This document shows positions 1-9,422 of a stretch of DNA of 64,000 nucleotides, in pieces (position 1 is the stretch's first letter; each line of letters begins with the position of its first letter). This stretch comes from Thermotogota bacterium (lineage in GTDB: Bacteria > Hydrothermota > Hydrothermia > LBFQ01), in assembly GCA_013154295.1 (NCBI GenBank), contig JAADCS010000139.1, positions 7,107 to 71,106 of the forward strand, given 5' to 3'. The notes under the pieces were generated by a model. The model saw nothing but the letters and a program-made list of their open reading frames with translations. It was not told where the DNA came from and did no database searches. The position numbers were made by a program, and so were the translations under genes.

Positions 1-1524
1 GCTTCCATTTCAACCGCAGATGCCCAAAGTGTTCCTCCACCGAACGCAGCTGTAGGGGTTTGGATGATGCACCATGGGGCGTCTTCCTTAAGGGGGATGC
101 AGCTTCTTCGTGGGGCCATAACGGGACCAAACGTTAGATGCTCCGGGAGTATAAGCAACGGAAGCGAAGGTGACCCCGCTATAGGAGACATAAACGGAGA
201 TGGATACAACGAGATAGTTATACTCAACTATAGCGGCATATATCTAAACGCCTACGACGGCCGCACCTGTGGAAGGCTATGGAGAGTCAGTGTGGGAAGT
301 GGAACAGGTTGGGGCACGCCAGCCTTGGGAGACGTAACACCCGACTATCCAGGTTTAGAAATAATCATAAACGTGGGAGGTAACATTCAGGCGCGTCGTG
401 GAACGGATGGAGCTTTGATATGGTCCAGATCATTTTCCTCAAGCCTCGGAGCCGTAACGATACAGGATGTAGATGGAGACGGGTACGGTGAGATCTTCGT
501 GATAGCGGGTTCCCTCTACGCCTTGGACGGTGACGGTAGCACCATATGGTCATATTCTGGAAGTAACTATTTCGGAAACGTGGCTGTGTTTGATATAAAC
601 AACGACTCCTTCTACGAGGTCATAGGTGTGGTGGGTAATTACGTTAGGGTATTCAGAGCCACCGATGGAACGTTACTGTGGTCTTACTATCTTGGCAGAG
701 AAGGTAACCCGGCGGTGGGGGACTTGGACAACGACGGATACGCCGAGGTCGTGATCAACACCGGTAACGGACATGTCTATGCCTTTCACCACGATGGCAC
801 CCTTTATTGGGACAGGAACACCGGCTGTGGGTCCTATTGGGGCAGGCTTAACTCCACTACCATAGCCGATGTAACGGGAGATGGATACAGAGATGTACTT
901 TTCGGATGCATGCCCTATTCCACTGGGTACCTTTACGTGTTAAGAGGGACGGATGGAACCACCCAATGGTCCTATTCTGGAACTAGGAGCGGCTATCAGG
1001 CTCTTGGACGGAAAATAGCAGATCTGGATGGGGATGGTGTTTTGGAGATCATCATAACTGGTGCCCGCTACGGTTCTGCTCCCTATTTGGCTATACTCCA
1101 AGGTACGGACGGAAGCTTAGAATGGTCTTACAGCAGCGACTATTTTGAAGGTACCTCCATCGGCGACGTGGATAACGACAGCTGCATGGAACTGGTCTCA
1201 AGCGGAGACTTCTCCAGTACGACCTTTTACATCTTCGACTCCCCGGATCCAGCTTATGACTGCGGCATAACTTCGGAGGATGGAGATTTGGGAAGTTATG
1301 AAAAGAAGGTCAAAGAACCCATAAAGCTCCTGGTGAAGGTGAGAGGGAGAGTTGTGGAGTTCAACGTGGGTTCGGCCAGAACCCTGCTCATATACGATGC
1401 GACCGGGCGCTTAGTACGCACCCTGCAGAGTTCTAACGGGAAAGCCAAGACCACCCTATCCAGTGGTGTGTATATCGTAAAAGTGGAGGGTGTGGCCGTC
1501 TCATCGGCCTTCGTGGTAAAGTGA
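1..1524 (+). CDS. Secreted FG-GAP/PQQ-like repeat beta-propeller protein with T9SS-like C-terminal sorting domain (5' end lies before the window)
   Basis: Repeated GDxxGDGxxE(I/V)V motifs alternate with GTDGxxxWS motifs; C-terminus IYDATGRLV...LSSGVYIVKV...VVK. The frame is open from base 1 (ASISTADAQSVPPPNAAVGVW) and aligns with the N-terminus of the paralog at 42042. Confidence 0.8.
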   Translation, partial: ASISTADAQSVPPPNAAVGVWMMHHGASSLRGMQLLRGAITGPNVRCSGSISNGSEGDPAIGDINGDGYNEIVILNYSGIYLNAYDGRTCGRLWRVSVGSGTGWGTPALGDVTPDYPGLEIIINVGGNIQARRGTDGALIWSRSFSSSLGAVTIQDVDGDGYGEIFVIAGSLYALDGDGSTIWSYSGSNYFGNVAVFDINNDSFYEVIGVVGNYVRVFRATDGTLLWSYYLGREGNPAVGDLDNDGYAEVVINTGNGHVYAFHHDGTLYWDRNTGCGSYWGRLNSTTIADVTGDGYRDVLFGCMPYSTGYLYVLRGTDGTTQWSYSGTRSGYQALGRKIADLDGDGVLEIIITGARYGSAPYLAILQGTDGSLEWSYSSDYFEGTSIGDVDNDSCMELVSSGDFSSTTFYIFDSPDPAYDCGITSEDGDLGSYEKKVKEPIKLLVKVRGRVVEFNVGSARTLLIYDATGRLVRTLQSSNGKAKTTLSSGVYIVKVEGVAVSSAFVVK

Positions 1525-1557
1525 GGTCCAATTTCAGGCGTACAATAGGCGGTTGAT

Positions 1558-2208
1558 ATGAGGATATTCGTGGATTCCGCCGATGTAGAGGAAATAAAAC
1601 GTCTTCATAAACTGGGCTTCATATCCGGAGCGACTACCAATCCCAGCTTGGTGGCCAAATCGGGTCTTGAACCCGAAAAAATATACACCGAACTTGCCGG
1701 CTTACTAGAACATGTCTCCGCCGAAGTGGTAGCTGAAGATTCCGAAGGTATGTACGAAGAAGGCAAGAGGTTAGCATCCCTCCATCCCAACGTGGTCGTA
1801 AAAATTCCCTTCACCCCCGAAGGTCTAAAAGCCGTAAAAGCCCTCAAATCCGAGGGAGTACGTGTAAACGTCACGCTGATCTTCTCATCGGCCCAGGCAC
1901 TCATCGCTGCCCGCGTAGGTGCCGATTTCGTCTCTCCTTTCATCGGACGCATAGACGACATAGGCTACTCTGGGGTTGAAGTCATAAGCCAAACTGCCAA
2001 GATCTTTACCCTGCACGATATACCTACGAGAATAATAGCTGCCAGCATACGTCATCCGGCTCACTTCATAGATGCGGCCCTCTCCGGTGCCCACATAGCC
2101 ACGGTACCACCAACGGTACTCTGGAAGCTAATGAAACACCCTCTGACCGACATAGGTCTTGAGAGATTCCTTGCCGATTGGAGAAAGGTACAAGAGAACG
2201 AAAAATGA
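1558..2208 (+). CDS. tal: Transaldolase / fructose-6-phosphate aldolase family
   Basis: IFVDSA, GATTNPSL, VVVKIP (Schiff-base Lys), VNVTLIFS, SPFIGRIDD, HPLTDIGLERFLADW. Confidence 0.93.
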   Translation: MRIFVDSADVEEIKRLHKLGFISGATTNPSLVAKSGLEPEKIYTELAGLLEHVSAEVVAEDSEGMYEEGKRLASLHPNVVVKIPFTPEGLKAVKALKSEGVRVNVTLIFSSAQALIAARVGADFVSPFIGRIDDIGYSGVEVISQTAKIFTLHDIPTRIIAASIRHPAHFIDAALSGAHIATVPPTVLWKLMKHPLTDIGLERFLADWRKVQENEK

Positions 2209-2996
2209 TGGAGAAGGTCCGTGCTGCCCTCTTCCTGTTCCTGGCCCTCGGTTTGGGGGCAGCCGGTCTTTTATGGCTTAAAAATTTTTCCTTGGGTAAG
2301 AGATACCACTATGGAGCTGTCTTCAGGACAGCCGGTTTTTTAGGTAACGGTGATCCGGTTAGCCTTCAAGGCGTCAACGTGGGTAGGATAGAGCGCATAG
2401 AAATATACACCGATAGCGTTATAATACGTTTTTACACGGAGAGGATAAGACTTCGGAAGGGGGCCTATGCCCGAATAGAGAACGAGGGAGTGGTTGGTAA
2501 CCGTAAACTGGCCATATACCAAGGGAAAGGAGAGTTTCTACCGGAGGGTGCCTTGATAAAGGGAGAGGAGACCCCCACCTTTACGGACTTCATATTTCTG
2601 ATAGATCGCATACTTCAGAACTTTGAGGTCATATCTGCCAAAACCGATACCACCTTGACCAACGCTAACCTTCTGCTGCTACGTACCCGTCGCGATCTGG
2701 CCAACCTTTCGGCGGATCTAAGGGATCTGGTAAGATCCATCAAGAGCCTTACGGAAAACACCAACGCCAAAGTAGATGCCGTGTCCTATCAGATGTTACA
2801 GATAAGTAACCGTCTTGACGAGACCGTTTCGGCTGTGGATTCTTTCATAAACTCCGAAGGTACGATTCAAAAACTCATGACCGAAGATTCCCTTTACAAC
2901 GAACTTAACCTAACCGTAAAGGAATTGAGGAACCTTATAGAAGATATAAAGTCCCGCCCCGAAAGGTACATAAACCTGCAAATAAGAATCTTCTAA
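2205..2996 (+). CDS. MCE/MlaD family protein
   Basis: N-terminal TM helix, LGNGDPVSLQGVNVGRIERI MCE motif, helical C-terminus ending DIKSRPERYI; ATG overlaps the tal stop (ATGA). Confidence 0.85.
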   Translation: MMEKVRAALFLFLALGLGAAGLLWLKNFSLGKRYHYGAVFRTAGFLGNGDPVSLQGVNVGRIERIEIYTDSVIIRFYTERIRLRKGAYARIENEGVVGNRKLAIYQGKGEFLPEGALIKGEETPTFTDFIFLIDRILQNFEVISAKTDTTLTNANLLLLRTRRDLANLSADLRDLVRSIKSLTENTNAKVDAVSYQMLQISNRLDETVSAVDSFINSEGTIQKLMTEDSLYNELNLTVKELRNLIEDIKSRPERYINLQIRIF

Positions 2997-3779
2997 ATGG
3001 AAATACAACTTTTGGTCGTCCTTCTTGGAGGGATACTCCTTGGCCTGACTTCCTTTTTTGTCGTTTCCAAGGGCCTGGCCTTCGCCACAACCGGTGTGGC
3101 CCATGCCATGTTCGGAGGTATAGCTTTGGCCGTAGCTGTAGGGGTGAATCCTCAAATAGGAGGTTTCACATTCGGCCTTCTGATGGGTATCGGAATGCAC
3201 GTGTTTGGTCGTCGGCTACCCCAAGATGCGGTGATAGGCCTTACCTTTTCCTTCTTGATGAGTGTAGGAGCTATAGCTTTACGTTTCTACAGGGGATATG
3301 CGAATCTCCTTTGGTCCTACATGTTTGGCAACATAACTTTGGCGACCCCCTCCTCGGCGTCGGTGCTACTCGTCCTGTTTGTAGTCGTCTCTACACTCTT
3401 ACTGAAGTTTCGCTCTACGATCCAGCTCTACATGTTCAACGAAGAGATAGCGGCGGCCGAGAGGATACCCATACGGGCATACGATGCCGTTATCATGCTT
3501 ACGATAACACTGATCATCATCTTCACCTTACGGGTCTTTGGATCCATACTGACCTCCTCCATGGCGGTAGTTCCAGCCCTCATCTCCTTCATGCTCTTCG
3601 GAGGATTTTGGTTCTCCCTGTTAATGAGTGCGTTCATATCGGTACTACTCTCTACCACCGGATACGCGTTGGCCTACCTCCTTGATCTTCCCTTCGGTGC
3701 TATCACGACCACCTTATCCTTTCTCTCCTTCGTTATGGTTTGGGTACTACGTATGAGGAAAGTATGGTTGAAGGTTTAG
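2997..3779 (+). CDS. Metal (Zn/Mn) ABC transporter permease, ZnuB-like
   Basis: Multi-TM protein with AHAMFGGIALA, DAVIG, YMFGNI, DLPFGA motifs of ABC-3 permeases. Confidence 0.85.
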   Translation: MEIQLLVVLLGGILLGLTSFFVVSKGLAFATTGVAHAMFGGIALAVAVGVNPQIGGFTFGLLMGIGMHVFGRRLPQDAVIGLTFSFLMSVGAIALRFYRGYANLLWSYMFGNITLATPSSASVLLVLFVVVSTLLLKFRSTIQLYMFNEEIAAAERIPIRAYDAVIMLTITLIIIFTLRVFGSILTSSMAVVPALISFMLFGGFWFSLLMSAFISVLLSTTGYALAYLLDLPFGAITTTLSFLSFVMVWVLRMRKVWLKV

Positions 3780-4345
3780 TTTTTGGAACCGCCTTAGTGC
3801 TGACACCTGTAAGCGTATATGCGTGGGATGAACCTCTAAGAGGGTGGATACTTGAACATAGGAACGAGGAGGTGGATCTAATCTTAGGGGTGGTAAATCC
3901 TTTGGGTGATGGGAGACTTCACGTTCTAATGTGGGGTGGAACCTTCCTCCTCGGAACCGCCCTAAAAAACGAAGATTTGCAGGATTTTGGAAAGTGGGGT
4001 ACAGTTTCCTTCGTTTCCACCGGTCTTTTAACCGTGGGTCTCAAGAGTCTAATAGGCAGAGCACGTCCCTACTTGAACCTTGGGCCACACTCCTTCTCAC
4101 CGCTAACGTTAGATGATGACTACCACTCCCTCCCCTCCGGTCACACATCCGTCGCCTTCTCCACCGCTGGTTACCTCTGGGCTAGAACTTCCTCTCCTTG
4201 GATCAGGTGGGGATCCCTGGTTCTGGCTTCTGGTGTGGGAGCAGCCCGTATATACAAAGACAGGCATTGGTTGTCGGACGTGATATTGGGTGCCGGTTTG
4301 GGATTTTCGGTGGGATACTTTACAGGTCGCATAGGCAAGCGTTAG
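3764..4345 (+). CDS. PAP2-family phosphatase
   Basis: KxxxGRARP, PSGHT, ARIYKDRHWLSDV catalytic motifs. Confidence 0.9.
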   Translation: MVEGLVFGTALVLTPVSVYAWDEPLRGWILEHRNEEVDLILGVVNPLGDGRLHVLMWGGTFLLGTALKNEDLQDFGKWGTVSFVSTGLLTVGLKSLIGRARPYLNLGPHSFSPLTLDDDYHSLPSGHTSVAFSTAGYLWARTSSPWIRWGSLVLASGVGAARIYKDRHWLSDVILGAGLGFSVGYFTGRIGKR

Positions 4346-4389
4346 CGCCCATCTTTTAAAGGTAGCAACTTCTACCGTAAAATACCCCC

Positions 4390-6018
4390 GTGATGAAAAA
4401 GATACTCCCTTTGGTAGTTTTGGGTTTGGCAACTCCCCTTTACGGGGGATTCGTACTCTACGAAAACTTTGAGGGTGGTGTTCCTCCCACCGGTTGGGAT
4501 ACCACCTACGCATCCCGCTACGTTTCCTGGTACCAGCGAACATACTCCTATCCGCCCGGTGTAGAGTTCGGATCCTACTACGCTGGTGTAAAGGTAAGCA
4601 GCACCTACTCCTCCGACACTGGAAATGCCACCCTGATCACACCGATTTTGGATCTCTCGGCCATGGCTGGCCCGGAGACCTTGAGCTTTTACTACCGCTT
4701 TAGCTCCGATACCTCCATGGGATCGGACGACACCATATACGTTGAACTTGGGCCAGGCGGCGATTTCACATCCCCCGTTGTTCTTTATACCATAACAGCT
4801 GACTATCCACAACCTACGACCATGACCGAAGTTAGGATAGGCCTTGATGCCTACGATGGAACCAGTGTGGCTATACGTTTCAGATACCGCAACAACGATG
4901 ATGGTGGAGTGTCGGGTTTCAACCGTTACTTCTGGCTTGACAGAGTCGTAGTCTTCAACCCATCGACCAACAATCCTCCGGAGATCTTCTTCGTAGGCCA
5001 CGATCCTTCCAATCCCGACAGTAACGTTTATGTGAATGTAGCCTACGTGGCCTTCGACAGCGACGGCTCCATAGCCAACGTGGAAGTGCGTTATTGGTAC
5101 AACTCCGGTTCTCCCTCTTCAGTTTCGGCCGTAATGGACACGGGAAGCGTGTATGTGGCCCAGATACCCCCGCCTGATTTTTACTCCAAAACCAAGTTCT
5201 ACGCCGTAGCTTACGACGACAGCGGTGATTCGGCCATTTATCCGGTTAGGTTCTTCGTCCACGGTTTCAAAACGATAGGTGAAGCCCGTACCCTGCCGGA
5301 TGGAGACACGGTTCAGGTGAAAGGTGTTCTCACAGCCAACACCTTCGGTAAACCTGAATATATACAGGATTCCACAGCTGGAATAGCCATCTACGACTAC
5401 AACTTCCACGATGCCTTCTCCATGCCCTCGGACCTGGGTTACGAAGTAGCCGTGGCCGGTATACTTTACACCTACAACAACCTCCGCGAGATGGTAACTC
5501 TCTCAGCCTTTGACACCTTAACCTACGTGGGTGTTCCGGATCCCTTGGTTATAACCATAGCCGATGTAGGTGAGCCTTACGAGGGCATGCTGGCACGTAT
5601 AGATAACGTGCAGTTCCTGGATACCACGGGAACCTTCGCTGGCAGCACCAATTATACCGTAACCGATGGTGTAGACAACCTAACGGTGCGCATAGATGCC
5701 GATACTGACATTCCCGGCATGGAGGTGCCCAACGAGGTCCTGTCCATAATCGGTATAGTGGGCCAGTACAACACCACCTACCAGCTTTTACCTCGCAGTA
5801 GGGAAGATTTCCTGATGACAGCTGTAGCCGAGAGACCTTCCAAAAATCGAACTTCACTCTTTAAGGTTGTGTCCGGAGGTTTGGAGTTGCAAACCGAAGC
5901 CAGCGTATATAGGGCGGATGGAAGACTCATCTTTACGGGTAGCGGAAGGATCAGATTAAAACCCGGCGTTTATTTTGTAAAATCCGGAAGCCTTCTAAGG
6001 AAGGTGTTACTTAGATGA
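4390..6018 (+). CDS. Secreted multidomain protein (beta-sandwich plus OB-fold-like domains) with T9SS-like CTD
   Basis: Classical signal peptide MKKILPLVVLGLATPLYG; ENFEGGVPPTGW...LITPILDLS; TIGEARTL/YIQDSTAGIAIY/YEGMLARI OB-type repeats; CTD VYRADGRLI...LKPGVYFVK. Confidence 0.7.
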   Translation: MMKKILPLVVLGLATPLYGGFVLYENFEGGVPPTGWDTTYASRYVSWYQRTYSYPPGVEFGSYYAGVKVSSTYSSDTGNATLITPILDLSAMAGPETLSFYYRFSSDTSMGSDDTIYVELGPGGDFTSPVVLYTITADYPQPTTMTEVRIGLDAYDGTSVAIRFRYRNNDDGGVSGFNRYFWLDRVVVFNPSTNNPPEIFFVGHDPSNPDSNVYVNVAYVAFDSDGSIANVEVRYWYNSGSPSSVSAVMDTGSVYVAQIPPPDFYSKTKFYAVAYDDSGDSAIYPVRFFVHGFKTIGEARTLPDGDTVQVKGVLTANTFGKPEYIQDSTAGIAIYDYNFHDAFSMPSDLGYEVAVAGILYTYNNLREMVTLSAFDTLTYVGVPDPLVITIADVGEPYEGMLARIDNVQFLDTTGTFAGSTNYTVTDGVDNLTVRIDADTDIPGMEVPNEVLSIIGIVGQYNTTYQLLPRSREDFLMTAVAERPSKNRTSLFKVVSGGLELQTEASVYRADGRLIFTGSGRIRLKPGVYFVKSGSLLRKVLLR

Positions 6019-6027
6019 CAGAGCAAA

Positions 6028-6052
6028 GGGGGGCACAAAGTAGGCGCCCCCC
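6028..6052 (+). terminator. GC-rich hairpin after the 4390 gene (possible terminator, no U-tract)
   Basis: GGGGGGC(6028-6034)...GCCCCCC(6046-6052). Confidence 0.35.
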
Positions 6053-6071
6053 GCCTTATAATAGTGAGCCT

Positions 6072-7103
6072 ATGATCGGTTTTCTACTTGCTGCAGTCTT
6101 AACGGAAGAGCAAGCCGGTTGCATGGGAGAGGGAAGCGAGATCGCGCCGATGGCCACATACTCTCCTCCTGCCGGAGTCATATCGGTCACCACCCAGGAC
6201 GGTCAGATATACCGTTTTCAGTATCCTCCCGGCACGGAACACTACAGGCTTGGATGCTATTGCAACGGGTGGGGCATAGGGTACGGTTCGAGTACCTACC
6301 GTTACACACACTACGACAACAGCCTCTACGGTGTATCTCTCGTCTCCTCAACCACGCTGGAATGGGGGCCCACCTACTACCGTTGGAGGGTAACCTACAG
6401 AACCAACGACAACTACTTCATCGTAACCCATAACTTTTCCTACTGTCCTACGGTCGGAGCTTTAAGGGTCGTTAGTGTTATAACTAACAACTCTGGGGTC
6501 ACCCAGTACGGTGTTAAGTTCAAAAGGTACATAGACTGGGATGTCAACCCCGGTTACTTCTCCAACAACTATTTCTACAGGACCAGCGATATGTGTTATG
6601 CCGCATCCAGCGGCTACATCCGGTACGTGGGTTTGGCTGCCCTTTCGCCGACTCCAAGTGTGATAGAGCTATACGGCTGGGATCACTACAGCACCTACAC
6701 TTCCAGCCCCGATTACGGCTACTATAATGGGGACGGTTACTGTCTTTTGGACTGGTCTTTGGGAACGATGGCTGCTGGCGAAACTAGGGTCATAGACGCC
6801 TGTTACGTGGCCGGCTCCTCCTACAGCGATCTCCTAGCCCAAAAGAGCGCATGTAACACCTGTATAGTCGGCTCCGGCGATGAGTTAGGCGTTGGAGAGG
6901 CTAAGGCTGTTCGTGACCCCATCATACGTACGGTTTCGGGAGGCATAACTATAGACCACTACGAGGGCGAGGTGAAAGTCTTTCATTCAGATGGTAGGTT
7001 AGTTTACGAAAACGCCCACTATACCGGTGGCACCGTACCGCTCAAGAAAGGCCTGTACGTTGTGAAACTACAGGGCTATAGCTCAGCCGTAATAGTTAAA
7101 TAG
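6072..7103 (+). CDS. Secreted Cys/Tyr-rich hypothetical protein with T9SS-like CTD
   Basis: Start chosen from TATAAT 9 nt upstream; N-terminus MIGFLLAA; CTD VFHSDGRLVY...LKKGLYVVKL...VIVK. Confidence 0.7.
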   Translation: MIGFLLAAVLTEEQAGCMGEGSEIAPMATYSPPAGVISVTTQDGQIYRFQYPPGTEHYRLGCYCNGWGIGYGSSTYRYTHYDNSLYGVSLVSSTTLEWGPTYYRWRVTYRTNDNYFIVTHNFSYCPTVGALRVVSVITNNSGVTQYGVKFKRYIDWDVNPGYFSNNYFYRTSDMCYAASSGYIRYVGLAALSPTPSVIELYGWDHYSTYTSSPDYGYYNGDGYCLLDWSLGTMAAGETRVIDACYVAGSSYSDLLAQKSACNTCIVGSGDELGVGEAKAVRDPIIRTVSGGITIDHYEGEVKVFHSDGRLVYENAHYTGGTVPLKKGLYVVKLQGYSSAVIVK

Positions 7104-8734
7104 TGTGGTTTCTGCCCTTTCTGGACACCCTTCTGCTGTACGGGGGGCTTGAGAGAGGGGATCTGAACTACGATAAGGATCTGGCCGTGCGCACCTCTCT
7201 CAAACCCCCACCCGTTTTAAATTCTTTAGCTGATCCCCTTAACTTCGCACGGAGTTCCATCCATCTCGGCAGAGAGTTCGTGAGCCTAAAACCGCAGGAA
7301 ATACCACTCAAGGTGTGGCAAGTGAAATTCAAACCTATAAGGATGCGTACCCACTTCAGCATAAACGACAGCGTCATCGGTAAGGTTGTGGAACTACTCC
7401 ATTGCAATGATTACTTCACCGGTAGGGCCTTAAGCAGATTGGACAGAAGGCGATATTCTCTACGTGACTCCCTACTAAAGCTATGGGATCCAGACTCCGA
7501 AGACAGCCTAACCCACGCCCAGGTTAAACTCCTAAGCGACTCTGTGGATTATAATCTACTTCTCAACGCACTTAACTGCCTTTTAAACGTGGATAGTACC
7601 TTGGTTCCATCCTTGGATGGGGACTTCCAATACGAATACGTAACCGGCTTCGGTAAAGTGGCAGTGGGAGGTAAGGGAAGTAACACCTATCGTGGAAAGT
7701 ATGTGGCTATATACGACTTCGGGGGTGATGATGAGTACGAGCTGGAAACCTCCCCCGTCCTCATAGTGGATCTAGAAGGTGACGATCGCTACGAGGGGGA
7801 GTTCGCGGTGGGGATATTGGGAGTATCGGCTCTTTACGACTTCGGCGGGGATGACACCTACACTTGCAAGGGTATGTGTGCGGGTGTAGGTCTGGTAGGT
7901 TTTGGCCTGTTGTACGATATGTCAGGCGATGACTTTTACTCCGGGGGCTTCCATTCCCTTGGAAGCGGAACCTTCGGCGGTGGTTTCCTGATAGATGAAG
8001 CCGGGAATGACATCTACAAGACCGTGATATACGGGCAAGGTTTCGCCGGCACCTATGGCATGGGAGTCCTTTCGGATCGTTCCGGGAACGACACCTACAC
8101 CCTAGGCTATGGGCCAATCCACAAACCCCTCTTCATAAGGCAACATCAGGGTTTAGGCCAAGGTTTTTCCATAGGATGGAGGGATCGTTTCGGTGGGGGT
8201 GTGGGAATCTTAGCTGATGGTGGAGGTAATGATGTATACGCGTCGGGAACCTACGCTCAAGGTGTAGCTTACTGGTACGGCTTAGGCCTGCTGTACGACG
8301 GCGGAGGGGACGACAGGTATCTGTGTGCCCAATACTGTCAGGGAGCCGGTATACATTTGGCCGTGGGTGGTCTAGTAGATATGGATGGAAACGACCTCTA
8401 TTACGCCCTCTATGGGCCGAGCATAGGTGAGGGTCACGATCTATCCGTCGGATTTTTCTATGACTCCACTGGTAACGACACCTACTACACCAGTGGGGGG
8501 TTCGGGGTCGGTCTCACGAACTCGGTGGGTATCTTCGTGGATGGTTCCGGAAAGGACAGCTATTCGGCCAAGGAAGACATCTCTTTCGGCGGAGCCAACC
8601 GCGAGAGGGAGATGGGTGGTGTGGGTATATTCCTTGATTTAGGCGGAGATAGGGATACCTATCCCTTCGGATTTCATGTAAAGAACGGTTCCCTTTGGGT
8701 TAGACCCCAGTGGGGTTTGGGATGGGACCGGTAG
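7103..8734 (+). CDS. Hypothetical protein with about 12 GxGxLxDxxG(D/N)DxY repeats
   Basis: DFGGDDEY, DLEGDDRY, DMSGDDFY, DEAGNDIY, DRSGNDTY etc.; paralog at 10433-12085. Confidence 0.75.
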   Translation: MWFLPFLDTLLLYGGLERGDLNYDKDLAVRTSLKPPPVLNSLADPLNFARSSIHLGREFVSLKPQEIPLKVWQVKFKPIRMRTHFSINDSVIGKVVELLHCNDYFTGRALSRLDRRRYSLRDSLLKLWDPDSEDSLTHAQVKLLSDSVDYNLLLNALNCLLNVDSTLVPSLDGDFQYEYVTGFGKVAVGGKGSNTYRGKYVAIYDFGGDDEYELETSPVLIVDLEGDDRYEGEFAVGILGVSALYDFGGDDTYTCKGMCAGVGLVGFGLLYDMSGDDFYSGGFHSLGSGTFGGGFLIDEAGNDIYKTVIYGQGFAGTYGMGVLSDRSGNDTYTLGYGPIHKPLFIRQHQGLGQGFSIGWRDRFGGGVGILADGGGNDVYASGTYAQGVAYWYGLGLLYDGGGDDRYLCAQYCQGAGIHLAVGGLVDMDGNDLYYALYGPSIGEGHDLSVGFFYDSTGNDTYYTSGGFGVGLTNSVGIFVDGSGKDSYSAKEDISFGGANREREMGGVGIFLDLGGDRDTYPFGFHVKNGSLWVRPQWGLGWDR

Positions 8735-9374
8735 TGACCTTTTCGGCCACAAAGAGGTAAGTGGAACCCAAATAGAAATAGTACGTTTTCCGCAACAAAA
8801 AGCCACTCTCTCTCAATAAGCTCTCCATACGACTACGTCCTGGAAAGTTGAGAATGCTTTTAAACAGGTAGATGTAGTCAAAGGGATTACCGCCAAATGC
8901 AGGCGAAAGCAATGGCATAACCAAGGCCACGTAAGGGAGCTGAATCCAAGAGAGAGGGTGATCACCTATCTTCATTTCCAGTATCAAAAGCTTGCCGCCG
9001 GGAACGAGGACACGATTGAACTCCCTTAGAGCCGCCAACTTATCGAGAACATTGCGAAGACCGAAAGCTATGCTTACCGTCTTAAAACTTTCGTTTCTTA
9101 TGGGTAAATTTTCAGCATCCCCGACTATGAGAGGGAAATTTCCCTTCGCCCTTTTTAACATACCTAAAGCTATATCCACACCCATCTTGGAGCCATGGTG
9201 GTAGAGACGGAGGACGTTTCCCTCACCCGTAGCCACGTCCAAAAGGGGTCCCTCCACCTCTTTTATAAGGTACCGCCTCCACGTTAGGTTCCTACCGAAG
9301 GAAAAGATAACGTTCCTGGCCTCATACATCCGCATGTTCTCAAACATATAACTTATACGCCTTTTATCCTGCAT
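8700..9374 (-). CDS. ubiE: UbiE/MenG-family quinone methyltransferase
   Basis: LLDVATGEG SAM motif, GDAENLP, IAFGLRNV, RVLVPGG, YIYLFKSI. Confidence 0.8.
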   Translation of the reverse strand: MQDKRRISYMFENMRMYEARNVIFSFGRNLTWRRYLIKEVEGPLLDVATGEGNVLRLYHHGSKMGVDIALGMLKRAKGNFPLIVGDAENLPIRNESFKTVSIAFGLRNVLDKLAALREFNRVLVPGGKLLILEMKIGDHPLSWIQLPYVALVMPLLSPAFGGNPFDYIYLFKSILNFPGRSRMESLLRESGFLLRKTYYFYLGSTYLFVAEKVTTGPIPNPTGV

Positions 9375-9377
9375 CCG

Positions 9378-9405
9378 GGTATTCTATCGGCGACCGTAGA
9401 ATACC
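9378..9405. promoter_or_regulatory. Palindromic back-to-back -10 boxes for divergent ubiE and recF
   Basis: GGTATTCTA-T-CGG-CGA-CCG-TAGAATACC; TAGAAT on both strands. Confidence 0.6.
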
Positions 9406-9422
9406 TTCTAAGGAGGTGATCC

